Virus record (IMG/VR): IMGVR_UViG_3300009868_000005
Coordinates: 4,724-68,723 of that record
DNA length: 64,000 nt
Origin: a virus
Lineage: Duplodnaviria; Caudoviricetes
Reading direction: 5' to 3' (one strand)
The stretch's first letter is position 1. Each line of letters begins with the position of its first letter. Positions 35,831 to 44,629 of the stretch are shown here, in pieces. The notes under the pieces were generated by a model that was given only the letters and a program-made list of their open reading frames with translations, was not told the DNA's origin and searched no databases. Made by a program: the position numbers and the translations under genes.

Positions 35831-37668
35831 TGAGAACGAAATTCGAAGTCGCGATGCAACTTGTTGAGAGATTGAACGCTTCTCTTCGGACGAGTCGCCG
35901 GCGCCTCTCAAGGTATCGCAAGGCCATCGAGAGCTACAAGGACACGGCAATGCATGCCCAGACGGATGCACGGCAGCTTCGGATTCAGCTTGAGGAGACG
36001 CAGAAGTCGCACCGCGATCTCTTCAAAGCTCACGCCGACACCCTCGCAACCGTCGCCGAGCAGGAGAAGGAGATCGAGGCGCTCAAGGCGTGCGGCAAGG
36101 AATGCGTCGGTGAAGTTGATTATCTTCAAAGCTTTGAACTGAACAGAGAGTCCCGAAGGCACCTTCAGCTAGCCATGTGCGGGAGGAGCTTCGATAACGC
36201 GTCCCAGCCAGGCGGGATGACATTCCCGGGCATCTGGCTCTGGGTGCTTGAGATGGAGGATCAACTCTCCCACATCGTGAAGGCCGCTTGCGATTCCGGT
36301 TGGCAACCCCCCACAACCGATGAGAGCCAAAAATTGTGGGCGTACGTGATGAACAGCCTTGCGAGGACGCAGAGCCTCCTCGTGAGGATTGCTAGAACGG
36401 AGCTTCGGGAACGCCTTTTCGTTGGCGGAAGCCAATTGACGGATGCCGAGTGGGTAGAAGCAATGGAGCGGGAGCTTTCCGCGATCGTTACTTCTGCGCG
36501 GGCCAACGGTTGGGTAACGCCCACTCTGCACAGGACGTCAGATTCGTATGGGTGGAACGGTCTGAGCTTGGGGACATTCATGCAAACTGGGGGCGGATGG
36601 GGCAAGCCCACAGCACACGTTGTGCACATGCCTCCGTACGAGACGCTCCACAGAATCGGGGGAGAGACCCGAGAGGACCTGCAGAAGCGAGTGTGCGGCA
36701 CCACGATGCCCTCGAATGTTTGGGTAGGCACCATGGAGAGAATGTTGTCGGTCATCGCGTCCGAGGCTGTCTCAAGGGGGTGGAAGCCCCCTTCGTACGT
36801 CGAGGCCATCGAGGCCGACGCCAAGCCGCAGATGACAGGCGGTCGGGATCTCGATGCGTACGTTTGTGAATGGGGCTCGGGTCGATTCGATTCTCCCGTT
36901 CCCTGGAACGAGAAACGCAAAGCCATCATGATCGAGGTGATCGGGCACCCAATGGGCGAGTCCTCGTGGGTCCTTTACATGGAGGCGCAGCTGGACATCA
37001 TCTCGAAAGCCGCGATCGGCGCGGGATGGAGGCCACCTGTCCACATGGATTCCGAGGACCGGCGTCTGCTACTTGCGGACTACGTGTCCTCGTGCATCAA
37101 GCGCGAAGCGATGAAAGCCGTTTTCTGCACCCACTGCGGACGAATCTACGTCGTGGACAACCATCACGGACGGGACAAGTGCCTGTGCGGAGCGGAGGTC
37201 TACCCCTCGGCAAAGCTCGTGCAGCTGGGGGAGGAACTGCGGCTGGGGGAGGACTTCAAGGCGTGCGCCCTCGGGCTCGATAGCGCAAGAATCTCGGCCG
37301 AGGGTGGTGATGAAGCATCCCGGCAGCTTCAGGCAAGAATCAACAAGACGAAATTCAATGGTGAGGCAACTTCTCAGGTGCTTCAGGAGAGAGTCGAGAA
37401 GACCCCCGACGCTTTCAATCCCAACCCGGACGAGACCGAGTGCCTTCATCTTGTAGCATCCCCTGAAAGGGTGAGGCTTCAAACACTCGTTTACGGGAAG
37501 CGAATGGATGCCCTTGGCTGGGTGATCGAATTGGAGACTCAGATGGAAGGCATCGCGAAAGCCGCAAGTGATGCTGGCTGGCACCCAGGGTTGGAAGTTC
37601 AAGGGGCTTCCGGCACGAGCTTGGCGCACTACGTCGTGTGGCACCTCAAGAGCTTCGGAGGGAAGTGA
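35830..37668 (+). CDS. Coiled-coil protein with five copies of an unrecognised WVxxME...GWxPP repeat
   Basis: TGATG overlap. Repeats start near 36241, 36451, 36721, 36967 and 37519. Confidence 0.75.
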   Translation: MRTKFEVAMQLVERLNASLRTSRRRLSRYRKAIESYKDTAMHAQTDARQLRIQLEETQKSHRDLFKAHADTLATVAEQEKEIEALKACGKECVGEVDYLQSFELNRESRRHLQLAMCGRSFDNASQPGGMTFPGIWLWVLEMEDQLSHIVKAACDSGWQPPTTDESQKLWAYVMNSLARTQSLLVRIARTELRERLFVGGSQLTDAEWVEAMERELSAIVTSARANGWVTPTLHRTSDSYGWNGLSLGTFMQTGGGWGKPTAHVVHMPPYETLHRIGGETREDLQKRVCGTTMPSNVWVGTMERMLSVIASEAVSRGWKPPSYVEAIEADAKPQMTGGRDLDAYVCEWGSGRFDSPVPWNEKRKAIMIEVIGHPMGESSWVLYMEAQLDIISKAAIGAGWRPPVHMDSEDRRLLLADYVSSCIKREAMKAVFCTHCGRIYVVDNHHGRDKCLCGAEVYPSAKLVQLGEELRLGEDFKACALGLDSARISAEGGDEASRQLQARINKTKFNGEATSQVLQERVEKTPDAFNPNPDETECLHLVASPERVRLQTLVYGKRMDALGWVIELETQMEGIAKAASDAGWHPGLEVQGASGTSLAHYVVWHLKSFGGK

Positions 37669-38597
37669 TGTTTTCTAGCTGCCTTTACGTGGACACCGAT
37701 GCTGGATTCGGCTTTCTCAATCCGCATCACGACAGCGCCTTCACCTGCGACAGGGTTGTGCACTGCATCGAATGCGGTTGCGACTTGCCCCCCGGTACGG
37801 TGCACCATCTCTTTGAGGGCACACGACCCAGCCACGTTACCTCGCCAGGCGTGGTCGAGCAGTTTCACACCTGCGTCGGCTGCCAGCGCATCTGGGACGG
37901 GCTTGCCGGCGGGGAACAGGTCTTCAGTACGCTCGACGAGCTGGTGTGGGATGCGTACGGGATCCCCCTCAACGGCGTGCCCGAGGCCGAGGTGGAGATC
38001 GAGTGGGACGAGCTTGCCCAAGAGCACGGCGATACCGATGTCGACCTGCGGAAGGCAATCAGCGCGAAGCCTCCCCTTGAGCAGGTATTCATCGCGCTTC
38101 GCATTCTGGAGGACTTCGTCAGCTTGGGGCAGCTTCACACCATCTTCGAATGGGCCACGAGCGCCCGCTCCGATCCTGCCGACGACAAGTCGATTCAAGA
38201 ACGACTTGAGGACCTCGACGTCCGGGAGAGGCGCATCTCAGACATCAAGAAAAGGTGCGCTCGGGTGTACCGATCCCAGCTACTTGAAGTCGTCGATGCG
38301 ATGAAGCGCAACCGGTGGGCGGAGATGTGGTTTCGATTCGGCTGTGCGTACAGAGCGGCCTGGCAAACGAACCCCTCTCCCGAAGATGAGCGATGGGACG
38401 CGCTCGAGAACTTCGCCCGCTACCTTCTTCGCCGGCAGGTGTTTCGAAACCTGTCTACACCTTCCAGTGAGTCTTCCCTCGCGACTTCTTGCATTTGCCA
38501 CGAGGGGCTGCGGCCGATTTCGGAGTGGCTGATGCGGGAAGGGCAATCCGGGCGGGTCGAAGAAAGGCCGGAACCCTCGGAACCGAAGGCGCCCTGA
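37668..38597 (+). CDS. Hypothetical protein with N-terminal Zn-binding motifs
   Basis: CIECG...HTCVGC; TGATG coupling. Confidence 0.65.
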   Translation: MFSSCLYVDTDAGFGFLNPHHDSAFTCDRVVHCIECGCDLPPGTVHHLFEGTRPSHVTSPGVVEQFHTCVGCQRIWDGLAGGEQVFSTLDELVWDAYGIPLNGVPEAEVEIEWDELAQEHGDTDVDLRKAISAKPPLEQVFIALRILEDFVSLGQLHTIFEWATSARSDPADDKSIQERLEDLDVRERRISDIKKRCARVYRSQLLEVVDAMKRNRWAEMWFRFGCAYRAAWQTNPSPEDERWDALENFARYLLRRQVFRNLSTPSSESSLATSCICHEGLRPISEWLMREGQSGRVEERPEPSEPKAP

Positions 38598-39222
38598 TGC
38601 CCGAGAGCGCCTCGACGGGCGTGGTTGAGCACGTCATCGATGCCCAGAGGTGCTCGGCCCACCCAGCGTAGCCCCGTCCGGTTGGGTGGATGCCGTCGGC
38701 TTGGGGGATCGGGAGGGCCGCGGAGTCGAACGCTGCGATGCCCTGCGAAGTGATGGCAGCACTCACGCGATCGGCAAAGGGCAGCTTCGGGGGCCGTACC
38801 CACAAGAGCTTGCTCGTTTTTCCCACAAGCTCAGCGATCGAGGCGATCTGCGTGGCCAGCTTTTCTTCCGAGGTCATGCCCTTGGAATCGTTGGTCCCCA
38901 GGCTCACCAGAACCACCGTGGGCTGAAGGCGAGCGATCGTCGCCTCAAGGTCCGCCCTTCGCTCACCGAGCCAATGGGCCATCGAGGTACCCGACTTGGC
39001 GAGCGCCTGGAACTCGCAGCCGGACTTGCTCGCGATCTCGCGAAGAGGCGTCGAGAGGCCGACCGCCAGGCTGTCGCCGAACAGAAGGACCCGGTCCCCC
39101 GTCTTGACCGTGGGCTTGCAGCCGATCGTGCCGGAAGCGTTGGACAGGGCGTGCACCGCGCCGACACCGGCAAGAACGAGCACGCCGCCGAGAAGCCAGG
39201 GGGTTGGGGATCGGTAATCCAC
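38455..39222 (-). CDS. SGNH/GDSL hydrolase with N-terminal TM helix
   Basis: FGDSL (block I), LGTND (block III), DGIHP (block V). Promoter TTGCGC-N18-TACGAT-N6-GTG39222. Confidence 0.9.
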   Translation of the reverse strand: MDYRSPTPWLLGGVLVLAGVGAVHALSNASGTIGCKPTVKTGDRVLLFGDSLAVGLSTPLREIASKSGCEFQALAKSGTSMAHWLGERRADLEATIARLQPTVVLVSLGTNDSKGMTSEEKLATQIASIAELVGKTSKLLWVRPPKLPFADRVSAAITSQGIAAFDSAALPIPQADGIHPTGRGYAGWAEHLWASMTCSTTPVEALSGIRAPSVPRVPAFLRPARIALPASATPKSAAAPRGKCKKSRGKTHWKV

Positions 39223-39301
39223 GGGCAGATCGTACCCTGGTTTGTTCGACTTGCGCAACCGCGCCCTGTTGCAGCCGCGGGTCGGGGGTAGAATCAGGTC
39301 G

Positions 39302-39970
39302 ATGATGACCTTCACCAGCGGATGCACCGATCAGGTCCTTGAGGTGCACGACGACGGGACTTTTTGGACCAACGGTGCGCCCATCGTCGAGCCCGTTTGG
39401 CCCACGGACGTGGAGAAGTGGCGGGACCTGATCGACGCGGCAGCACGCAAGCATGACGTGGCCCCGGCCCTCATCGCAGGCGTGATGGCAGGCGAGTCCC
39501 GGGGCAACCCCAAGGCCGGAAGCCCGGTCGGCGCGCTGGGCCTGATGCAAGTCATGCCGCAGTACTTCGGCGGAAACGCGGGCGGCCGGCTCTACGATCC
39601 CGCCACGAACATCGACGAGGGTGTTGGCTTTCTCGCCGAGCTTCACAAGAGGTACGAAGGCAACGTGCTTCGCATGTTGGCCGGCTACAACGCCGGGAGC
39701 GCTAGGTGCCGCGCTTCGGCCCAGTGGGGGCTTGTCCAAAACACCGGCTACATCAGCAAGTGTCTCGGCTACGCCAACGACGCCATCGCTCGAGGCTTCT
39801 CGCCGTACCGACCTTCGCAGGTGAAGACCGAGGTCGTGCAGAAGATCGTCTCGGGAGGCGGGGCGGCTGCCGCGGTTGCGTTCTCACTCGCAGCCATTGC
39901 CTACGTTCTGGCTGACCGACAGTGGAGACTCACTGATCGGCTCGTCGGGTCGATCTCGGAGGCGATTTGA
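39302..39970 (+). CDS. Soluble lytic transglycosylase (SLT) domain + C-terminal TM tag
   Basis: AGESRGNPKA.S..GALGLMQVMP, NIDEG, AGYNAG. Tail AYVLADRQWRLTDRLVGSISEAI. Confidence 0.93.
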   Translation: MMTFTSGCTDQVLEVHDDGTFWTNGAPIVEPVWPTDVEKWRDLIDAAARKHDVAPALIAGVMAGESRGNPKAGSPVGALGLMQVMPQYFGGNAGGRLYDPATNIDEGVGFLAELHKRYEGNVLRMLAGYNAGSARCRASAQWGLVQNTGYISKCLGYANDAIARGFSPYRPSQVKTEVVQKIVSGGGAAAAVAFSLAAIAYVLADRQWRLTDRLVGSISEAI

Positions 39971-40380
39971 GTAAGCCGACCTGGCCCGACCAAAGCTCGA
40001 TCAAGGTCGTGTGGGTTTCCGACGACGACGATGGAGGATTCCCGCAGTGGCAACTGGATCGTGCTTGGAAGATCGCGAGGGCTTCCGAGATCAACCTCCT
40101 TTCACACATGGACTTGAAGGCGATCGCGCTTGTGAAGGGACATGTAGCAGGCGCACTTTTCGACTCCTTTGTGGCCGGCAAGTACTCGTTCGACATCGTG
40201 GTCGAACCGGCCTACCGTGGGCGGGGGGTCGGAGGGGTTCTACTTGATGCAGGTCTGGATGAATTTGCCGAGCTGCAGCAATACGGTGCTGTGCTCGAAT
40301 TGAACGTGGTCAACCCGTACATGCGAGCCGCGCTCTTGCGACGTGGATTCAGACAGAATCGAAAACGGCTTTCCCCATGA
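39967..40380 (+). CDS. GNAT acetyltransferase
   Basis: DIVVEPAYRGRGVGGVLL (motif A). TTGA overlap. Confidence 0.8.
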   Translation: MSKPTWPDQSSIKVVWVSDDDDGGFPQWQLDRAWKIARASEINLLSHMDLKAIALVKGHVAGALFDSFVAGKYSFDIVVEPAYRGRGVGGVLLDAGLDEFAELQQYGAVLELNVVNPYMRAALLRRGFRQNRKRLSP

Positions 40381-41216
40381 CAAAACCGGCAATCATCATG
40401 GAAATGGCGTGCACCTCGCACGTCTGCGGCTCGATGATGGCGCAGCTGTGGCCCGACCCGGCCACGCGGCCCTACCTCGTGCAGGAGACCGCGAGCGGCT
40501 TTTCTGCGGCCCACCGCGACCACTTCAAGTCCATCGCGGCGGCCAATGAAGGGCGCATGATCGGCCCGGTGCTCGCCAAGCGAGGGGTGGACCCCGCGGA
40601 CGTGAGCGAGGTTGCGCTCGTGGGCTTCTCGGCCGGGTGCTGGGGCGTGGCCGAGATGCTCGGCGACCCGGATGCAAGCTCGGTGAGCACGGTCTTGTGC
40701 GTCGATGGGCTCCACTACCCGACGGGCGCCAAGTTCGAACCCTTTGCGGCGCGGGCGGCGGCGGGCGAGGTCATGCTGGTGGACCTGTACTCCGCGATCC
40801 CCGTGACCGGCTACACCTCGACGCGTGACAGCGCCCGCAAGCTCGCCGGCATCGTCGGCGCCCCAGCCGTCTCGCCGCTGCTCTCTGGGGCTGACGAGTC
40901 CTTCCAAATCGGTCACTTCTACGCGATCGGCTTTCCTGGCAGCGACAAGCAGGCGCACATCGACCAAGTCAACCGCTACCAGCCCCTCGCCTGGGAGGCC
41001 ATCGTGGCTCCGTGGCTCGGGAGCAGCCCTGGCGCTCGGATCGACCCCGGGGGCGGTCAGGGCGAGCCCGCCAAGCCGCCTTCGGCCGTCGTGGGTCCTT
41101 CGGCGCCTCCGGTCGTCTCTCCGGGCTCCTTGGTGGCGTTTGGCCTCGGCGTGGGCGCCTTGCTGCTGGCTGACATGAGGTGGCGGCTGGTCGATCGAAT
41201 TCTCGGGAGGGCATGA
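40377..41216 (+). CDS. Alpha/beta-hydrolase-like protein + C-terminal TM tag
   Basis: VGFSAG nucleophile elbow, VDGLH, late His (QAHIDQ). Tail LLLADMRWRLVDRILGRA. Confidence 0.7.
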   Translation: MTKPAIIMEMACTSHVCGSMMAQLWPDPATRPYLVQETASGFSAAHRDHFKSIAAANEGRMIGPVLAKRGVDPADVSEVALVGFSAGCWGVAEMLGDPDASSVSTVLCVDGLHYPTGAKFEPFAARAAAGEVMLVDLYSAIPVTGYTSTRDSARKLAGIVGAPAVSPLLSGADESFQIGHFYAIGFPGSDKQAHIDQVNRYQPLAWEAIVAPWLGSSPGARIDPGGGQGEPAKPPSAVVGPSAPPVVSPGSLVAFGLGVGALLLADMRWRLVDRILGRA

Positions 41217-41806
41217 TGCCAAGCAAGAGCCTCGCGGATCTGACACCCGATACCAGGCAGGCGGCCGAGATGCTGCTTTCGTACGCGGCATCGGAAGGCA
41301 TCGACGTCATCGTAACGCACACGCTCCGCACCTGCGACGAGCAAAACGCCCTGTACGCCCAGGGCCGCACCGCGCCGGGGGCCAAGGTGACCTCGGCACC
41401 GGGCTGCCGAAGCTGGCACACCCATGGCCGCGCCATCGACCTCATCGTCAAGGACGGCGGCCAGCTGGTGCACAACGGCCTGGACGAGCGCTACTCAAGG
41501 CTGGGAGCGTACGCCAAGAGCATCGGCATGAAGTGGGGCGGCGATTTCAAGGACTATGGTCACTTCGAATACCACCCTGGTATCTCCATCGAGCAGGTGT
41601 GCCCCGACCCGGCGTCCTGCGGGACCGTCCCAGTGACCGCCGACCCCCCCCAGGTAGACGTTCGTCCCGGCGCTTCCCTTGCCAGTATCACGCCCGGGGT
41701 CGCCGTTGCTGCGCTCGCCCTCGGCGCCGTCGCCTACATGTTCGCGGACATCCAGTGGCGCCTGACCGACCGGCTCGTCGATTCGATCAAGGAAGCGATC
41801 GGGTAG
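41213..41806 (+). CDS. M15 family L-Ala-D-Glu peptidase (CwlK/Ply500-like) + C-terminal TM tag
   Basis: RTCDEQNALYAQGRT.PG.KVT, SWHTHGRAID, WGGDFKDYGHFE. Tail AYMFADIQWRLTDRLVDSIKEAIG. Confidence 0.93.
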   Translation: MMPSKSLADLTPDTRQAAEMLLSYAASEGIDVIVTHTLRTCDEQNALYAQGRTAPGAKVTSAPGCRSWHTHGRAIDLIVKDGGQLVHNGLDERYSRLGAYAKSIGMKWGGDFKDYGHFEYHPGISIEQVCPDPASCGTVPVTADPPQVDVRPGASLASITPGVAVAALALGAVAYMFADIQWRLTDRLVDSIKEAIG

Positions 41807-41835
41807 TTGCACAAGCGTAACGCTTGTGATACGCA
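41807..41835 (+). promoter_or_regulatory. Promoter with a perfect palindromic operator
   Basis: TTGCAC-N17-TACGCA. CACAAGCGT-A-ACGCTTGTG at 41810..41828. Confidence 0.6.
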
Positions 41836-41847
41836 TACGCTAACCAC

Positions 41848-42294
41848 ATGATCACCGACGTAACAAAACTCAGGCAAGGGTTCCAGAAAGTGTTTCTCGA
41901 GTTCTACGACGACGAGACCGCGGGGGTTCTCGCGGAGATGCACGCCCTTTACCACGTCAAGTTCGTTCAGCAGATGGCCGAGGGCCCAGGGCACGGTGAA
42001 ACCGACGGCAAGCGGCCCCTGTCAAACCACACCAAGCACGTCAAGGCTGCCTTGCGCAGAGCAAACAAAGAGGACGTGCTTCCGGAAGGACCCAAGACCG
42101 ACGCCCTGTACGACGAGATCGTGGACATGATCTACTCGGCGGGGGAGCTTTCCATCTCCGAGATTCAAAACGCAGCGGTCGTCATCGGATCGGACCCGGA
42201 CGTCGTTCGGGTGGCCGTGGCTCGGCTGCTGCACGCAGGTAGGATCAAGCGCATCGAAGGCCCCAGCAAGACGGCAAGGTACACATGTACGTAA
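41848..42294 (+). CDS. Protein with C-terminal winged-helix domain
   Basis: ELSISEIQNAA...VRVAVARLLHAGRIKRIEGPSKTARY. Confidence 0.65.
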   Translation: MITDVTKLRQGFQKVFLEFYDDETAGVLAEMHALYHVKFVQQMAEGPGHGETDGKRPLSNHTKHVKAALRRANKEDVLPEGPKTDALYDEIVDMIYSAGELSISEIQNAAVVIGSDPDVVRVAVARLLHAGRIKRIEGPSKTARYTCT

Positions 42295-43430
42295 GCAATC
42301 CGAACGCCACAACGATCCAGATCCTGAGCAAGCGGCTCACCCTCTACGACTACCTCAAGGACCGGGAAATCCTGTTCGACGTGCGATCAAACGCCTTGGC
42401 TCTTGAGCCGAGAGTGACATGGCGGGAGATCGACGCGATCTTCGAACCGGGCTCCCAAGCGTACCCCTGGTTCGTGACCAAGGATCGGGCATCCCCATGG
42501 TTCGGCCACGCCACGGACGTGGACCACTTCTTCCCGACCAACGGCAAAATGATCGCGCCCACATGGTCGATTTCGCCTGGTCCGGCCCAGTTCGGGGGCA
42601 CCTGTCTCGTCGCGGATGCCATGTTTCACCTGACTGACGTTCCGTATCTGTCCGACGGGCGGATCGTGCATGCCCGAATCACTCCCAATCAGGCCCAACA
42701 CAAGCTTGATCTCATCGGTCAAGACGGGGATCCTGAGGATTGGATCTGCAACGACTGCTACGCGCTCAAGGGACAATACTTTTTCGTTTCGAAGATTATC
42801 AAGTGGATTGCCGTACGGCTTTGGATGGAGCGAGCCGGAATGTCGAATTTTGCCGTGAGCTTCATCGACATGATTCGCTACAACCAATCGAGGCTACTTC
42901 GCGTGCTCGACAGAAAAGGGATGGGACCCAAGAAGCTGGCGAAGAGCAGCGTTGCGCACCCGAATTACTTCCGAATCCACGACGCGGGAGACTTCTTCAG
43001 TCCTGCCTACTACGCGGCATGGTGCGAGATCGCGGCGGCTTGCCCCGACATCCACTTCTGGGCCGCAACGAGGGCTTGGGCCATCCCGTCTTTGGCGAAG
43101 CAGTTCGCTGCAATCCCTCGACCCAAGAACCTCATCGTCCGGCCGAGCGAGCTTTTCAAGGGCGAGCCCCCACGAAAGCACGACTGGCCGAAGGCGGCAG
43201 CCACTGGTGTGGGCTGGTCCCGCAAGAAGGTGGAGAAGGGGCAGAAGCCCGACACGCAGGCCAGGGGGGCGATCGAGTGTCCTGTCGCGAGATCTCCCCA
43301 GAAGACATGTCAGACTTCGGGCGGCCTTGTGGAGTACAACGGGCGACTCCCCAGGGGATGCGCCTGGCCTTCTGGATGCCGAGCCTGTTGGGATTCCCCG
43401 CAGACCCCCATCATCTACAGGGAGCACTGA
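42285..43430 (+). CDS. Phage Gp88-like (radical-SAM-related) protein
   Basis: Spaced Cys (GTC...ICNDCYALKG), YFRIHDAGDFFSPAY, FWAATR, NLIVRPS, C-terminal Cys cluster. Confidence 0.8.
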   Translation: MYVSNPNATTIQILSKRLTLYDYLKDREILFDVRSNALALEPRVTWREIDAIFEPGSQAYPWFVTKDRASPWFGHATDVDHFFPTNGKMIAPTWSISPGPAQFGGTCLVADAMFHLTDVPYLSDGRIVHARITPNQAQHKLDLIGQDGDPEDWICNDCYALKGQYFFVSKIIKWIAVRLWMERAGMSNFAVSFIDMIRYNQSRLLRVLDRKGMGPKKLAKSSVAHPNYFRIHDAGDFFSPAYYAAWCEIAAACPDIHFWAATRAWAIPSLAKQFAAIPRPKNLIVRPSELFKGEPPRKHDWPKAAATGVGWSRKKVEKGQKPDTQARGAIECPVARSPQKTCQTSGGLVEYNGRLPRGCAWPSGCRACWDSPQTPIIYREH

Positions 43431-43433
43431 GCC

Positions 43434-43673
43434 ATGTACGTGGACGTGAACGTAGAATTCGACGTTTTCCTTTCGACGAGGGCCAGATCCAACCCCTCCG
43501 AGCCCGTGAGCGGGCTGGAGGTGCTAGGCGAATACTGCCTGTACCTTGGCGAGAATTATGCCGACGCGGACACCGAGGAATCGGATTGGGTCGATCTCTG
43601 GGACAGGATGGGTTTGAGTAGCGGGGATGCGGCCGAAGTGGTTGCGACCACTCTCAGCAAGATGCCGGCCTAG
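43434..43673 (+). CDS. Small acidic hypothetical protein
   Basis: Directly follows the Gp88-like gene. Confidence 0.55.
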   Translation: MYVDVNVEFDVFLSTRARSNPSEPVSGLEVLGEYCLYLGENYADADTEESDWVDLWDRMGLSSGDAAEVVATTLSKMPA

Positions 43674-43900
43674 TCTTTCGGATCCGGCAACTCCAACTGC
43701 TTTTCGAGCAGGGGGAGCCCGAGGCGCATCGCTTCGTACACGACCGTTGCTCGACCCACCTTTCTTGCCCGCCCGAAAGCTCGCTCCTTGGCCGCCAGCG
43801 CCGTTGCGGTACCGTCCAACCGATCGCGAAACTCCTTCGTGATGCGAATCATCACGGTCGCATCGTAGGTGTCGTCGAGCTTCTCAGATTCCTTGGGCAT
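43670..43900 (-). CDS. Ribbon-helix-helix DNA-binding protein
   Basis: TVMIRITKEFRDRLD...RATVVYEAMRLGL. Promoter TTGACG(43935)-N17-TACGCA(43912)-N6-ATG. Confidence 0.7.
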   Translation of the reverse strand: MPKESEKLDDTYDATVMIRITKEFRDRLDGTATALAAKERAFGRARKVGRATVVYEAMRLGLPLLEKQLELPDPKD

Positions 43901-43981
43901 GACGTCTGCGTATCACGCGTGCATGCAGCCGTCAATGATCGTTCTGTTGACTCGTGCATCGCACGCGCGTACAAAGTCCGC

Positions 43982-44389
43982 ATGCGTCCCCGCTACCTCA
44001 ACCAACTCATTCAAGACCAACCCGTCCCTTTGCTGTGGGCGATCACCGCGCAGCCCGTTGACATTGACGGGTGGAGGGAGACCGCGAAGCTTGCTGACGG
44101 CGCGTGCTACGCCAAGGTTGGCACGTCGGCCGAGGTTGTGTTTCGAGGGATTTTGGACGGTGCGGGTCGGCGGTGGATGGTCCTTTCTGCCGTCGGGTGC
44201 TCGCCGACGATGAAGGTGGCCCGTGAGCTTCGCGAGATGTTCTTCCCCGAGCGGGCCATCGTGGCCGTTTCTGTGGGCCCAGACCCGAGCCCCATGCTCG
44301 AGATGTGGTGGTCGGTCGATGGCGACGGGCTTCCGCTCGACGAGGGCTGGCGAGCCGTCATGGCGGAAGTGTCCGGCGATGCAGACTGA
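43982..44389 (+). CDS. Hypothetical protein
   Basis: Promoter TTGACT(43947)-N17-TACAAA(43970)-N6-ATG. Confidence 0.65.
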   Translation: MRPRYLNQLIQDQPVPLLWAITAQPVDIDGWRETAKLADGACYAKVGTSAEVVFRGILDGAGRRWMVLSAVGCSPTMKVARELREMFFPERAIVAVSVGPDPSPMLEMWWSVDGDGLPLDEGWRAVMAEVSGDAD

Positions 44390-44597
44390 AGGCTGGATTC
44401 GGATCGGAAGGTTCGACAAGTCCCAGCGACGTGCGATATGGGCAAGGCGCGTTGGGCCTGACACCATCGAGGTTCGCGGTGGTCGAGAGGGTGACGACAC
44501 AGCGGCAACCCTGTTCCGAAGACAGTTCGAACCGATTTTCGACGTGATCGAAGCGCAGCTCTGGGCTCTGGAGATGGACGGCGACGTGGGGGGTTGA
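44379..44597 (+). CDS. Small hypothetical protein
   Basis: Overlaps the previous stop. MQTEGWIRIGRFD... Confidence 0.55.
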   Translation: MQTEGWIRIGRFDKSQRRAIWARRVGPDTIEVRGGREGDDTAATLFRRQFEPIFDVIEAQLWALEMDGDVGG

Positions 44598-44623
44598 CGC
44601 GCCGGTTTGGTCGGGTGTAGCGT
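44594..44623 (+). promoter_or_regulatory. sigma70-like promoter for the putative sRNA
   Basis: TTGACG-N18-TAGCGT with no start codon downstream. Confidence 0.55.
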
Positions 44624-44629
44624 TCGATC

